64,000 bases of DNA, taken from contig JAFPYS010000019.1 of NCBI GenBank assembly GCA_017412085.1, positions 17,869-81,868 of the forward strand. The letters are read 5' to 3'. This document shows positions 40,489 through 50,530 of this stretch, in pieces (the first letter of the stretch is position 1; each line of letters starts with the position of its first letter). The translations under genes and the position numbers were made by a program. Under the pieces are notes generated by a model. That model searched no databases. It was not told the origin of the DNA and saw only the letters and a program-made list of their open reading frames with translations. The DNA comes from Alphaproteobacteria bacterium. GTDB lineage: Bacteria; Pseudomonadota; Alphaproteobacteria; CAAHEQ01; UBA3637.

Positions 40489-43400
40489 TCTATCTCCTTT
40501 ATGTACAATGTTTGTGTCCACAAAATGTATGCTTTCACTATCCTATCAGGAAAAATTGTTTTTAGCAAGTCCTTATATGCGTTCAATTGCTTTTTATAGA
40601 TAAGGGGCACCTCATTAGGGACAAAACGATTGGTTTTGAAATCGACGATTTTTACTTCTGTTGGAGATATAATCAAGCGGTCAATTTGTCCAGAAATGGG
40701 TTGATTGTTTAAAACACCGATGATTGGCACCTCGGCCAACGAATTTATCCCAAACAAATCTTTAAAGGCGGGATTATCAAAAATATTAATCAAATTATCT
40801 GGCAAATCAATGTCCGGTGGACACATTTTTTTCGCATATTCTAATCGTTTGTCGGCGGGTATTGAAGGGAGGAATTGCAATAATTGGTGCAAAAATGTAC
40901 CGCGCCGCAGGGCTAAAGCCTGATTTGTTTGTGTGATTGAACCATCAAAATCCAATTCAATATCATCATCTGCACCCAACTTACTCGGTGATAGGGGCGA
41001 AACATTGGGTTGCTCTTGCGGGCAGTTTTGGGTTGCCCAAGAGGGTATTGAGTCAAAATCGTTTAAAATAGAACATTTGGTCTCTACATTAACTTTACGT
41101 TTTTGCTTTGATTCCCACGAGATAATACCACTTTTATTAGGTCCTATTTGTGGGGGTAAAGAGTTAATAATTAGGTCATACCAATTGTTCGTGCTTTTCT
41201 TTCCATAGCCTGTAATATATAAACGATCACGCGCGCGGGTTAAGGCAACGTAAAGCAAACGTCTTTTTTCTTGCTGATTTAAATGGTCTCGATTGGCAAA
41301 ATAACTGTCCAGGCAAGAGGGACGAAGGGCTGCATTCGGAATCCATAAAGGAAAATTGTCATCTATCCAAATAAATTCTCCACCTGTTGGAGTTTTTGTT
41401 CTGGAACTGCAAGTATCTGGCAAGAACACAATATTTCCTTGCAATCCTTTTGATCCATGAACAGTCATGACGCGAACTGCATTGCTGTTTGAATTATCAA
41501 GATCCCGTTTAATTTCAATTTCGTTTTGTGAAAACCATGTTAAGAAATTTTGTAAAGAGGGGGTATTCGTTTTTTCAAAATTAAGAGTTAATGATAGAAA
41601 TTCGTCCAGTGTTTCGTTTACCTCTTGCCCAAAACGAGCGACAAATTTCTTACGCAACCCAAACGCACCTAAAATGGTATCGTAAAACTCAAATGGAGGA
41701 GTTGTGTCCGCAAGGTTCATTATTTCCTTTAATTGAGATGCTGAGGAAGGATAAGCTTTTTGTAATTGGTGCCACAGGCTGGATTTGTTTCGGGTAAAAC
41801 ATATGTTAAATAAGTCATCTTCTTTTAAACCAAGAATAGGGCTTTTGATGATGTTTGCCAAATTAAGATCGTTTTGAGGTTGTAAAACGAATTCTGTTAA
41901 GGCAATTAAATCTTGAATGGCAAGGTGTTCGCTCAAAATCAATCGATCAACGCCAGCAATGGGAATTTGTCGTTCGCGCAAAGATCGGACAATTTCTGCC
42001 ATCATGGTGCCGCGTTTTTGAAGCAAAATCAGAATGTCTCCTGGTTCTATGAAACGATTTTTAGAAGGCAAAATTTCCTTGCCAATCATGGATTGAATTT
42101 TATCGGCGATTTTTCCGATTAGACGTTTCATGGCGGAATCATTTTCTTGACGTTCAATGGGTGGCTTCCATGGGGCAGGTGTATCCAATTTTTGGGGCTC
42201 TTCAACGGGCCATATTTCAACCAACCCAGCGTCATCGGAACGGTTCGCCAGGTGATATGCTTGTTCATCTTGAGTTAAAAGCCCATTTTTTGCTTCTTCA
42301 TTTTGAAGTAAATAATTCACCAGACGCAAGATGGGTTCGGTGGATCGGAAAGAATAATTAAGCGGAATATTGTTAAAGTTGTTATGAGAATCAGTAATGC
42401 GTTTTTCAAAAAAATCGTGCATTTTTCCAAAAGCAATGGGATCTGCACCTTGGAAGCTGAAAATGGATTGTTTTTTGTCTCCTACAACAAAAAGTGTCCT
42501 TAAGTTTTCTGAGGCATCTTCGCCAGAGAAAAACTCCTCTGTTAAGGCTTTAATTATATTCCATTGTTCTTGGTTCGTGTCTTGGGCTTCGTCAACCAAA
42601 ATATGGTCAATGCCACCATCTAATTTATATAAGACCCATGCTGACATAGTAGATTTGCACAGCAATTGATTTGTTTTGTCAATCAAATCATTATAATCTA
42701 AAAAGGCATTAAATTGTTTGAGCATTTGATATTTTTCAACAACCTTGAATGCAATGTCTAACAAGGTTTTAGTTGCTTTGGTTATCTTAAAAGCTTTTAA
42801 ACGCTCATTTGTCTCCCATGCTTTTTGTGCTTTGGGATCGTCTTTAAGTGCCTTTCTTATATGTTCGTCTTTGGTTAGGTATTTATCCTTTTGGAGTGGC
42901 CAGTCTTCTTCATTAAAAAATTCATTTATTATTTGTTTTTCATTAAGATATTTATCTATATTAAAGTATTTCTTTATATTATTTGTGACGGAATCTATGT
43001 GCCCAGGATAGCGATCCATAAGGCTTAAAAGTCGAGATGTTTCGTTTACAATCCTGCCCAGTAAATCCATCAAGGCATCAGATGAAATAAGATATGTCAA
43101 ATTTTGAAGTGAGGTGCGGATATTTTTGTCTGTGAGAACTTCCTTCAGGATTTGCTCTTTCATCGTGTAGGCCGCAAGATCATCAATAACTTCAAAATGG
43201 GGCGGAACATCGGCTTCCAAAGGAAATTGTTTTAATAAAGATTGGCAAAAACTATGAATGGTCATAATTTTCATTCCGCCCGGAGTTTCCAAGACGTTAG
43301 CAAATAAAGAACGGGCTTTCTGTATTATGTTATCTTGGGGTACTTCTTGGATTAAATCTTGGACTGCGTGAAATAACTCTTGGTCAGGACATGTAGCCCA

Positions 43401-43616
43401 TTCTTTTAAAATATTATTGATACGGTTTTCCATTTCCGCAGCAGCGGCTTTTGTGAAGGTTAAACAGAGCAATCTTTTGGGTTCTGTTACTTGTAATAAA
43501 AGCCTTAAAACACGATCGGTTAAAACCTTTGTTTTCCCTGTGCCAGCGGAGGCTGCGACCCATACGGAATCAAAGGGATTGCTTGCACTTATTTGTTCTT
43601 GATTGATAAGGCTCAT
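40485..43616 (-). CDS. addA: Double-strand break repair helicase AddA (alphaproteobacterial type)
   Basis: Has UvrD-like helicase motifs (AGTGKT, VDEAQDT, YSFRS, TVHGSKG) and a C-terminal PD-(D/E)XK-like nuclease (IDRL...VDFKT). The start at ATG 43616 overlaps the addB stop. Confidence 0.88.
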   Translation of the reverse strand: MSLINQEQISASNPFDSVWVAASAGTGKTKVLTDRVLRLLLQVTEPKRLLCLTFTKAAAAEMENRINNILKEWATCPDQELFHAVQDLIQEVPQDNIIQKARSLFANVLETPGGMKIMTIHSFCQSLLKQFPLEADVPPHFEVIDDLAAYTMKEQILKEVLTDKNIRTSLQNLTYLISSDALMDLLGRIVNETSRLLSLMDRYPGHIDSVTNNIKKYFNIDKYLNEKQIINEFFNEEDWPLQKDKYLTKDEHIRKALKDDPKAQKAWETNERLKAFKITKATKTLLDIAFKVVEKYQMLKQFNAFLDYNDLIDKTNQLLCKSTMSAWVLYKLDGGIDHILVDEAQDTNQEQWNIIKALTEEFFSGEDASENLRTLFVVGDKKQSIFSFQGADPIAFGKMHDFFEKRITDSHNNFNNIPLNYSFRSTEPILRLVNYLLQNEEAKNGLLTQDEQAYHLANRSDDAGLVEIWPVEEPQKLDTPAPWKPPIERQENDSAMKRLIGKIADKIQSMIGKEILPSKNRFIEPGDILILLQKRGTMMAEIVRSLRERQIPIAGVDRLILSEHLAIQDLIALTEFVLQPQNDLNLANIIKSPILGLKEDDLFNICFTRNKSSLWHQLQKAYPSSASQLKEIMNLADTTPPFEFYDTILGAFGLRKKFVARFGQEVNETLDEFLSLTLNFEKTNTPSLQNFLTWFSQNEIEIKRDLDNSNSNAVRVMTVHGSKGLQGNIVFLPDTCSSRTKTPTGGEFIWIDDNFPLWIPNAALRPSCLDSYFANRDHLNQQEKRRLLYVALTRARDRLYITGYGKKSTNNWYDLIINSLPPQIGPNKSGIISWESKQKRKVNVETKCSILNDFDSIPSWATQNCPQEQPNVSPLSPSKLGADDDIELDFDGSITQTNQALALRRGTFLHQLLQFLPSIPADKRLEYAKKMCPPDIDLPDNLINIFDNPAFKDLFGINSLAEVPIIGVLNNQPISGQIDRLIISPTEVKIVDFKTNRFVPNEVPLIYKKQLNAYKDLLKTIFPDRIVKAYILWTQTLYIKEIE

Positions 43617-46297
43617 TCTTCCTCCTCGTTCGTTGTGGCCCATTCTTGTCGGCGGGCGAGATGAGCATAATCATCATAGGTTGGCGCTTGTGAGGGAATA
43701 GGGCACACTTCATACGGTGTCTTTTCGGATCTGAAAGCGCGTACCATATCAAATAAACCATTTTTGGATTTTTGAATTAAATCCTCAAGTTCGGAAGCAT
43801 TGTCCACAATTGTCTGTACTTCTGAGGCATCTTTTTTATTACTTAAATACCAATACGAAAGATTGCTGATAGGTTGTTGTTGTGTTTCACTCAACAAAAG
43901 AGCTTCCAATGAAAGTTGCGGTGAAAAACCAGCCATTACTTCTTTCTTTTTAGGTGGATGATAGGTTTTATAATCAATAATGCGCAATGTATTGTCTTTA
44001 AGGGTATCAATTCGATCTGCGGTTCCATAAAGCGTAAAGGAGATATCATCAATGTTAAATGTATGTGTGATTTTTTGTTCACAGGCACTTTCTTTGACAA
44101 GAGATAAATCAAAGTTTTGTTGTTGAATGATAAACTCGGCAATCGCTGTAAATTTCATATTTAATAATGTCTTATCAATCTCGGAAAGCTGGCTTTCGTT
44201 AATGATTTTTTGGGCTGTTCGAATTAATAAACCGCGGTCGGTTGATTTGGGATATTGAGTTATAAATGTTTGAATTATTTTGTGTACCAGTTCACCAAAT
44301 TCGGCGTTATTTGATTTATCTTCAAGCGGTCTCAAAGGATACAATTTTAACACGTAACGCGCATAAATTGCATACGGATTTCTGCGCCACATTTCAATTT
44401 GTGTCACGGGCAGAGAGTTGGGGCGTGCATCAACCGATGGACGGGGGGCAGGGCGGACAATTTTATCATAAACAAATGGGGTGTCCAAGAGCTCAGATAA
44501 ATGAGCTTTGTATTCTGGCAACTGTAGATGATTGATTTGAGCCACGGCTTTTAATCGTTCTATAAAACGAGAGGGGATTGTTTGTGTGCCATCAGTTTTA
44601 ATGGATCGTGTTAAGTAAACTTCTTTGCTGCAAAAATTATGCGCAAAATCCATGGATAATTCCGTTGTTTTTTCTTCTGGTGCAGGAATGCCAAGCTTCT
44701 TTCTCATAGGACGATTCAACCAGGGGCCTGTTTCGGGAATCGGCGGGAATATGCCTTCATTTAAGCCGGCAATAATACACATATCTGCATGATGAAAACG
44801 AGATTCAATTGGACCCAGGATATCCAACCTGGGATGCATCCCATAGCGAGGGCGAACTGATTGTTGCTGCATAAGTAATTTTAAGATTTCGGGGTAACTT
44901 TGTGACTCTATGGTACCTATCAAATTCGCCTGTTCTAAAAGATCAGAAAGGAATGTAAACATTTGTTTGCCGGCGTCATTTTGCCAAAGCCGTTCTGCGG
45001 CAGTTTTGTCGGCGCTTGTCGCTAATTTTTCAGCTAAATCAATATGTTGACGTAAAATATCTTGAAAAGAAATAAGCGTATTATTTTGAAATAATTTTAC
45101 CCAGGGTGTAAAATCTGTATTTAAATCAATTTGCCAAGATTTTCTTTGTTCTCGTAGCAATTTTTCTTGATTTTGAACTTTTTTGCGAAAATCTCCTGGA
45201 ATTTCTTTATCTGCAGACAAAGGATGCTTAAACAGGGCAAGATAATGTGTCGCATCCGGCATTATACCGACATCAGCAAGCAAACTGAAAAATAATCCGA
45301 TGGACGTGTGATTTAAAGGCGTTCCGGCGGAATCATCCAACAAGATGTTCCATCGTTTCATCTGAGCAATGACTTGTCGGGCTAATGTGCGATCTGTTGT
45401 GACAAGCGTGGCGGTTTTATCAGGTGTTTCCAATGCCTGACGTAACAGCAAGGCAATAGTTAAAGCCTCGTCGCTTGGTGTTGCGGCGTTAATTAAGCGT
45501 ATATTTTCAAATGTGTTTGCGGGAAAATCTTGTGAAACCCAGCTGTCTTTAGTAAGAGCATCAAGCACAGCTTTTTCTTGAGGATAAACAGTTGTTTTAT
45601 AGGCAGCTGTGTTTCTTTTATCATTTGGGAATGTTTCTTCAAAAATAACATTATCTTTATTTTGTGAAACGGTTTCAATCAGTTCGTTAATGGCGGGAAA
45701 GGTCTGTGTAAATCCAGCCATAAAGATAGGTTGTTTTATGGTTGATATTTTTTGTGTAAAGGATCGGATTAAGCGGATAGATCTGTCCATAGGATCAATT
45801 TGTTTCCGTTCCCTTAATATTTTGGGCCATTGTGAGTGTAATATGTCTAAAAATTGGACTGTTTCTTGCCAATGAGAGGCATATTTTTCCATTTGCACTA
45901 GATCGGCCAAATGGGTTAAATCCAAATCAAATTGATATGTCGCGTCCAGCAGTTCCTTTAAACTGATGGCCATTTTTAATGCTTGATCATGGGTGTGAAT
46001 ATTGGGCTTTGCTTGACACAGCTTTGCCAATAAAAGCAAACGTTCCGTATCAGATATCGCGGCGGGGATATTTTCATCAATAATGTTAAGCTCGTAAATA
46101 GGGGTCATTTGTGGCAAAAGAATGGCTTCCCCCGTTTTTTTGTTTAAGAAAGCATTTTTAACAGATAAACAAGCTCTTTTAGTTGGCAAAATTAAGTGTA
46201 CTTGTGCAAGCTCAAAAGGATTATTTTGATAACGTCGCAACAACTCATCCGCCACTATATCAGCTAAATCAGCAGAAAATGGAACCTGGTAAATCAT
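43613..46297 (-). CDS. addB: Double-strand break repair protein AddB (alphaproteobacterial type)
   Basis: 894 aa with an inactivated helicase-like body and a C-terminal nuclease-like block (GTADRID...IIDYKT). It sits immediately upstream of addA. Confidence 0.82.
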   Translation of the reverse strand: MIYQVPFSADLADIVADELLRRYQNNPFELAQVHLILPTKRACLSVKNAFLNKKTGEAILLPQMTPIYELNIIDENIPAAISDTERLLLLAKLCQAKPNIHTHDQALKMAISLKELLDATYQFDLDLTHLADLVQMEKYASHWQETVQFLDILHSQWPKILRERKQIDPMDRSIRLIRSFTQKISTIKQPIFMAGFTQTFPAINELIETVSQNKDNVIFEETFPNDKRNTAAYKTTVYPQEKAVLDALTKDSWVSQDFPANTFENIRLINAATPSDEALTIALLLRQALETPDKTATLVTTDRTLARQVIAQMKRWNILLDDSAGTPLNHTSIGLFFSLLADVGIMPDATHYLALFKHPLSADKEIPGDFRKKVQNQEKLLREQRKSWQIDLNTDFTPWVKLFQNNTLISFQDILRQHIDLAEKLATSADKTAAERLWQNDAGKQMFTFLSDLLEQANLIGTIESQSYPEILKLLMQQQSVRPRYGMHPRLDILGPIESRFHHADMCIIAGLNEGIFPPIPETGPWLNRPMRKKLGIPAPEEKTTELSMDFAHNFCSKEVYLTRSIKTDGTQTIPSRFIERLKAVAQINHLQLPEYKAHLSELLDTPFVYDKIVRPAPRPSVDARPNSLPVTQIEMWRRNPYAIYARYVLKLYPLRPLEDKSNNAEFGELVHKIIQTFITQYPKSTDRGLLIRTAQKIINESQLSEIDKTLLNMKFTAIAEFIIQQQNFDLSLVKESACEQKITHTFNIDDISFTLYGTADRIDTLKDNTLRIIDYKTYHPPKKKEVMAGFSPQLSLEALLLSETQQQPISNLSYWYLSNKKDASEVQTIVDNASELEDLIQKSKNGLFDMVRAFRSEKTPYEVCPIPSQAPTYDDYAHLARRQEWATTNEEEE

Positions 46298-46303
46298 GTG
46301 TAG

Positions 46304-47266
46304 TTATCCTTTAAGCTGTTTGGGTAGGTATTTCTTTAACCAGCGTTGATAATCCTTCAAAAGAGGATTTTTAATGTTTTCTTTTATAAATGCCCAATCA
46401 TTTTTGACATATTTTAGATAATCTGGTTTGTTATATTCAACAGCAAGAAGAGCAAAGCGACCAATAACACGTGTATGCCTGTGTGCGGCAACAACGTCAA
46501 TCCAAGAAGCATACTTGTCTGTTGCCAAAACTGGGCGTAAAGTTAAATAATGTTTTAAAAATAATTTTCTTTGACGTAGTGGTAACGGATGACGTTCATC
46601 TTCTATCAGTGAAATTAAATCATAGAAAATGGGCCCACGCATTGCATCTTGGAAATCTAATATTCCCAAGGTGTTATTGGCTTTTAACATAATATTATCT
46701 GAGTGATAATCATACAGCATAAGGGTTTGTGGCAATTTTTGTATGCCTTGAAATAGCTTGTTCCAAATGTCTTTGAATTCCTTTTTGGCTTGTGCTGGTA
46801 ACTTAATTTTAAGGACATGGGAAACATAATAGTCAATAAAAAAGTTGTTCTCGGATATCATGAAATCCGTGGAGGGGGGTAATTTTTTAAGCTCTTGTTT
46901 CGTAATCTCTTTTTGTAGCTTAATTAATGTATCCAATGCAAGTACGTATAGGTCATCAGCCTGTTTTTTGTGCTTAACCGCTTGAGACATTAATGTAGAA
47001 CCAAAGTCTTCCAATAACAAGAAACCATGTCGAAGATCTGTAGCGTATATTTTGGGCGCAGAGAGGGCGTGATGGCGCAACATTTTGTTAATCGCTACAA
47101 ATTCTCGTGGTTTTTCGGACAAGGGAGAATCCATCAAAATGAATGGTTTTCCTTTTTTAAAGACACGAGCGTAACGTCGTGTGGAAGCATCGGAGGATAG
47201 CCAGGTTACATTATCCAGATGGTGTTTTTTTATAAAATGCTTTAAGTAATAATCCCGTGTTTTCAT
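46304..47266 (-). CDS. Aminoglycoside-phosphotransferase-fold kinase (AmgK-like MurNAc/GlcNAc kinase candidate)
   Basis: Has an APH-fold N-terminus (SSDASTRRYARV...ILMDSP) and a catalytic-loop-like block LYDYHSDNIM...ILDFQD. It lies between tsaE and addB, the slot I recall AmgK homologues occupying in Alphaproteobacteria. The start at 47266 overlaps the tsaE stop. Confidence 0.7.
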   Translation of the reverse strand: MKTRDYYLKHFIKKHHLDNVTWLSSDASTRRYARVFKKGKPFILMDSPLSEKPREFVAINKMLRHHALSAPKIYATDLRHGFLLLEDFGSTLMSQAVKHKKQADDLYVLALDTLIKLQKEITKQELKKLPPSTDFMISENNFFIDYYVSHVLKIKLPAQAKKEFKDIWNKLFQGIQKLPQTLMLYDYHSDNIMLKANNTLGILDFQDAMRGPIFYDLISLIEDERHPLPLRQRKLFLKHYLTLRPVLATDKYASWIDVVAAHRHTRVIGRFALLAVEYNKPDYLKYVKNDWAFIKENIKNPLLKDYQRWLKKYLPKQLKG

Positions 47267-47682
47267 TAAAAATTCTCCGTCCAAATATGTCTGGTTCCAT
47301 CTTTTAAAATCTCAAAAGAAATGGCTTTATGTTGTTTGGGTAACAGAGAGCCGATTTTTTCGGGCCATTCAATAACGGATACGCCCTCTGTAAATGCTTC
47401 TTCAATCCCAATCTCATAGGCTTCCTCTGGAGACTTTAGCCGATAGAAATCAAAATGATATAAGGTAAATTTAGGGGTGTCATACGTTTGAAGAATGGTA
47501 AAAGTTGGGCTTGGTACATCCGCTTCAGTATGGGTCAAGTTTCTTACCAGCGCACGAACAAAAGTTGTTTTCCCAACACCTAACGTGCCATTTAAGGCTA
47601 CAACATCCCCAACAGATAAAAGAGGGGCTATCGTATCAGCAATAGCGTCTAAATCACGTTCTGTGGAGACGACCCATTCCAT
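47266..47682 (-). CDS. tsaE: tRNA threonylcarbamoyladenosine biosynthesis protein TsaE
   Basis: Has the P-loop GTLGVGKTTFVRAL, SPTFT and HFDFYRL motifs. Confidence 0.9.
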   Translation of the reverse strand: MEWVVSTERDLDAIADTIAPLLSVGDVVALNGTLGVGKTTFVRALVRNLTHTEADVPSPTFTILQTYDTPKFTLYHFDFYRLKSPEEAYEIGIEEAFTEGVSVIEWPEKIGSLLPKQHKAISFEILKDGTRHIWTENF

Positions 47683-47685
47683 ATG

Positions 47686-48006
47686 CTACCTTATTCTAGA
47701 GGTTAATCCATTTACTTTGTCTGTCACGGCAGAAGGTGGAAAATTGATGGGGTGATCCGGATTATACGTGTTCCATATTTTTGTACCACCAAACAAAATA
47801 AGAACCGTAATAATAACAACAAATAGTATTTTAAGGAAGAATCCCCCAATATTTGCCAAAATTTGAAGCAGAATATAGCAAATGATTGCAGCAGCAAGGC
47901 AGGCCCCAATAGTGTTTAAAGCGGCATTCCATGGACCAAAATAAAGACCACGATAAATAACCATCGCTACGCCAGCGATCAAACCAATGAGTAATGTAAA
48001 AATCAT
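47686..48006 (-). CDS. Hypothetical small membrane protein
   Basis: 106 aa with three hydrophobic segments. Its start overlaps the secB stop. I recognise no family. Confidence 0.5.
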   Translation of the reverse strand: MIFTLLIGLIAGVAMVIYRGLYFGPWNAALNTIGACLAAAIICYILLQILANIGGFFLKILFVVIITVLILFGGTKIWNTYNPDHPINFPPSAVTDKVNGLTSRIR

Positions 48007-48485
48007 TTTTTCTCTCCTTTTTCTTGATGTTTTTGTGCTAATCTTGCACGATATAATGCCGCAAAATCGATGGGGTTAATTTGAAGCGGTGGAAATCCCG
48101 CTTCACGAATTAAGTTACCAATTATTGCACGAGCATATGGGAAAAGTAGGTGTGGAATTTCAATTAACAACAATGGTTCGATATGGGATTCTGGAGCCTG
48201 TAAGGTAGCTAAACCACCATATAAAAGGTCGCATAAAAATAAGGACTTATGATCTTCTTTCTTGTCCGCCTGAACCTTAATGTGTAAATCAACTGTAAAA
48301 TGATCTTTGTCATCCAGCTTGGATGCATTTACATCAACGCTAATTTGAACCTCCGGCGGTTGTGACAAAGATAACATGGAATTTGGCATGCCCGGTGCTT
48401 CAAAAGATAAATCCTTAATATACTGGGTATTTATTTGCAATGTTAATGGTTGTTCTTCTGGTTGTTTTTTTGTGTTTTCTGTCAT
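48003..48485 (-). CDS. secB: Protein-export chaperone SecB
   Basis: 160 aa with SecB blocks (QYIKDLSFE, LLFPYARAIIGNL). Confidence 0.9.
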   Translation of the reverse strand: MTENTKKQPEEQPLTLQINTQYIKDLSFEAPGMPNSMLSLSQPPEVQISVDVNASKLDDKDHFTVDLHIKVQADKKEDHKSLFLCDLLYGGLATLQAPESHIEPLLLIEIPHLLFPYARAIIGNLIREAGFPPLQINPIDFAALYRARLAQKHQEKGEKK

Positions 48486-48574
48486 ATATTAAAATCCTCT
48501 TGCAAAAAGTTTTAAAATTTGTTTAACTATAATTGTTATTTTAAACAAGAAAAAAAGAAATGTAAAGGCAAAAA

Positions 48575-49144
48575 ATGATTTTTAGCAATATTCTTTTAAG
48601 CATTGTTATTGTTTTTTTTCTGCTCCAATTTATTTTTGCTGTTCGCGAGCGGGGGATGAAGCAACACAAGTTGCGTTTAATTTCTAAAAAAACGGGAGAG
48701 GTTATTGAATTAGATGCGGCTTCTTTTTCTGATTTTATTAATAAAGAAATTGAGGCAGATTTTTCAAATACGGCGAAAATTATTTTTGTGCGTGTGTCAG
48801 AAGCTTTTGCTAAGGGGCGGTTGTCGGATATTAAAAATTATTTGAATGAAAAGGTATTGCCTGTTTTTGAAAAGGCTATTCTTAGTCGTGAAAATTTACA
48901 TCAAAAAGCAGAATTTACATTAATTGGTTTTAAGGATGTAAAAGTTTTAGAAGATACGCCAGACAAAAAGATTGTTTCTTTTACAACAGAACAAATTAAC
49001 CTATTAAAGGATGAAAAGGACAATATTATTGAGGGAGATCCTTTGTATGTTGCCACCGTAACCGAAAATTGGACATTTACTCATAAGAAAGAAAACACGT
49101 GGGTCGTGTCCGGTATTGAAAATAAGGAGGCTCATTTTGCGTAG
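48575..49144 (+). CDS. Tim44-like domain protein
   Basis: N-terminal TM plus a Tim44-like C-terminal domain (IIEGDPLYVATVTENWTFTH). It lies divergent from secB and upstream of mltA, as in many Alphaproteobacteria. Confidence 0.8.
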   Translation: MIFSNILLSIVIVFFLLQFIFAVRERGMKQHKLRLISKKTGEVIELDAASFSDFINKEIEADFSNTAKIIFVRVSEAFAKGRLSDIKNYLNEKVLPVFEKAILSRENLHQKAEFTLIGFKDVKVLEDTPDKKIVSFTTEQINLLKDEKDNIIEGDPLYVATVTENWTFTHKKENTWVVSGIENKEAHFA

Positions 49145-50150
49145 ACTCCTTGTTATTGGTTTATTGTCGTTTTTAACCGCATGTTCTGGATCGCATTATT
49201 TGTCTAAGGGACGTAGTTTTCAATTGACGCCCACAACTTTTTCCAGTTTAAAGGGATGGAAGCAAGATAATCTGGTGGCGGCATTACCTGCTATTAAAAA
49301 AAGCTGCGCGACGAATCCAAAGGGATATGAAGAGTTTTGTAGAGGAGTAGGATCAGTACATTCTGAATCGGATTTAAGGAGCTTAATTGAGGGAACGTTA
49401 CAACTTTATAAAGTGACAAGTCGTGGCAGTGCAACAGGTAAAATTACAGGGTATTATGAGGCAGAATTAACTGGAACGCGTCACCATGAAAATGGAGCAC
49501 AGATGCCGATTTATGGAGCGCCGTCGGGTTATCAACAAGGTAAGACTTATGCCACGCGAAAGTCCATTGAAGAAAATGGGATCAATGCACCGATTGTGGC
49601 TTGGGCAGACAATCCTGTTGACTTATTTATTATGCACGTCCAGGGCTCTGGTCGCATGGTGACACCGGAAGGAGAGATTATACAGCTTGGTTATGCTGGA
49701 AATAATGGGCGAACATTTAAGGGATTGGGGGCGATTTTAAAAGAAGCCGGAGTTGATCCAAGTATTGCAAATTCAATGCCGCGTATTCGGGAGTGGTGCA
49801 CAGATCACCCCAACGAGGCATTGAAATTAATGCGTAAAAATGATCGTTATATTTTCTTTAAAGAGTTGGCGGGGGAGGGACCAATTGGCTCGGCTGGAGT
49901 TGCTCTAACACCAGCACGTTCGTTGGCGGTGGATACAACATATATTCCAATGCATACGCCAATGTGGCTTGAGACAACAAATCCCAATGGTGGTGCAATT
50001 AATCAGTTAATGATGGCGCAAGATACAGGTGCCGCAATTAAAGGGGGTATTCGTGCCGACTTTTTCTGGGGGTATGGAGCGGCCGCATTTCAAACCGCTG
50101 GGCACATGAATCAACAGGGAAGTTATTATTTGTTATTGCCAAAGAAATGA
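49137..50150 (+). CDS. mltA: Murein transglycosylase A
   Basis: MltA and 3D-domain blocks are present (GYYEAEL, VDLFIMHVQGSG, DTGAAIKG...RADFFWG). The probable start is TTG 49137, 6 nt after AAGGAGG, giving a lipoprotein signal MRRLLVIGLLSFLTAC. Confidence 0.88.
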   Translation: MRRLLVIGLLSFLTACSGSHYLSKGRSFQLTPTTFSSLKGWKQDNLVAALPAIKKSCATNPKGYEEFCRGVGSVHSESDLRSLIEGTLQLYKVTSRGSATGKITGYYEAELTGTRHHENGAQMPIYGAPSGYQQGKTYATRKSIEENGINAPIVAWADNPVDLFIMHVQGSGRMVTPEGEIIQLGYAGNNGRTFKGLGAILKEAGVDPSIANSMPRIREWCTDHPNEALKLMRKNDRYIFFKELAGEGPIGSAGVALTPARSLAVDTTYIPMHTPMWLETTNPNGGAINQLMMAQDTGAAIKGGIRADFFWGYGAAAFQTAGHMNQQGSYYLLLPKK

Positions 50151-50530
50151 TAAAAACAGAAGATGCTAATTTATGGGAAGATTTAAAAAAATCTGTTCAG
50201 CCATTTGATTCTGATCGGAAACAGGAAGATTTGCCACCACGTTTACGTGTTCATCGGGCGCCAATCAAACCACTTGCGTATTGTTTGGATTTACATCGGA
50301 TGACAGTAGAAGAAGCATACCAAAAAACGGTGCAATTCATTGAAAAACATTATAAAATTGGCAGTAAGAAAATCCAAATTATTACCGGCAAGGGGCGCGA
50401 AGGTCAGGGGCTAATTCATTTGGAGTTTGCAAATTGGCTTGACACAAATCGTTTGCGGCAGTATATTCGTGAGGCAAAGTGGACGAACGATGAAGGAGCA
50501 ATGAATATATGGCTCAAAAAAAACAAGTAA
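50147..50530 (+). CDS. Smr/MutS2-family domain protein
   Basis: Smr domain pattern LDLHRMTVEEA...ITGKG. Confidence 0.8.
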   Translation: MIKTEDANLWEDLKKSVQPFDSDRKQEDLPPRLRVHRAPIKPLAYCLDLHRMTVEEAYQKTVQFIEKHYKIGSKKIQIITGKGREGQGLIHLEFANWLDTNRLRQYIREAKWTNDEGAMNIWLKKNK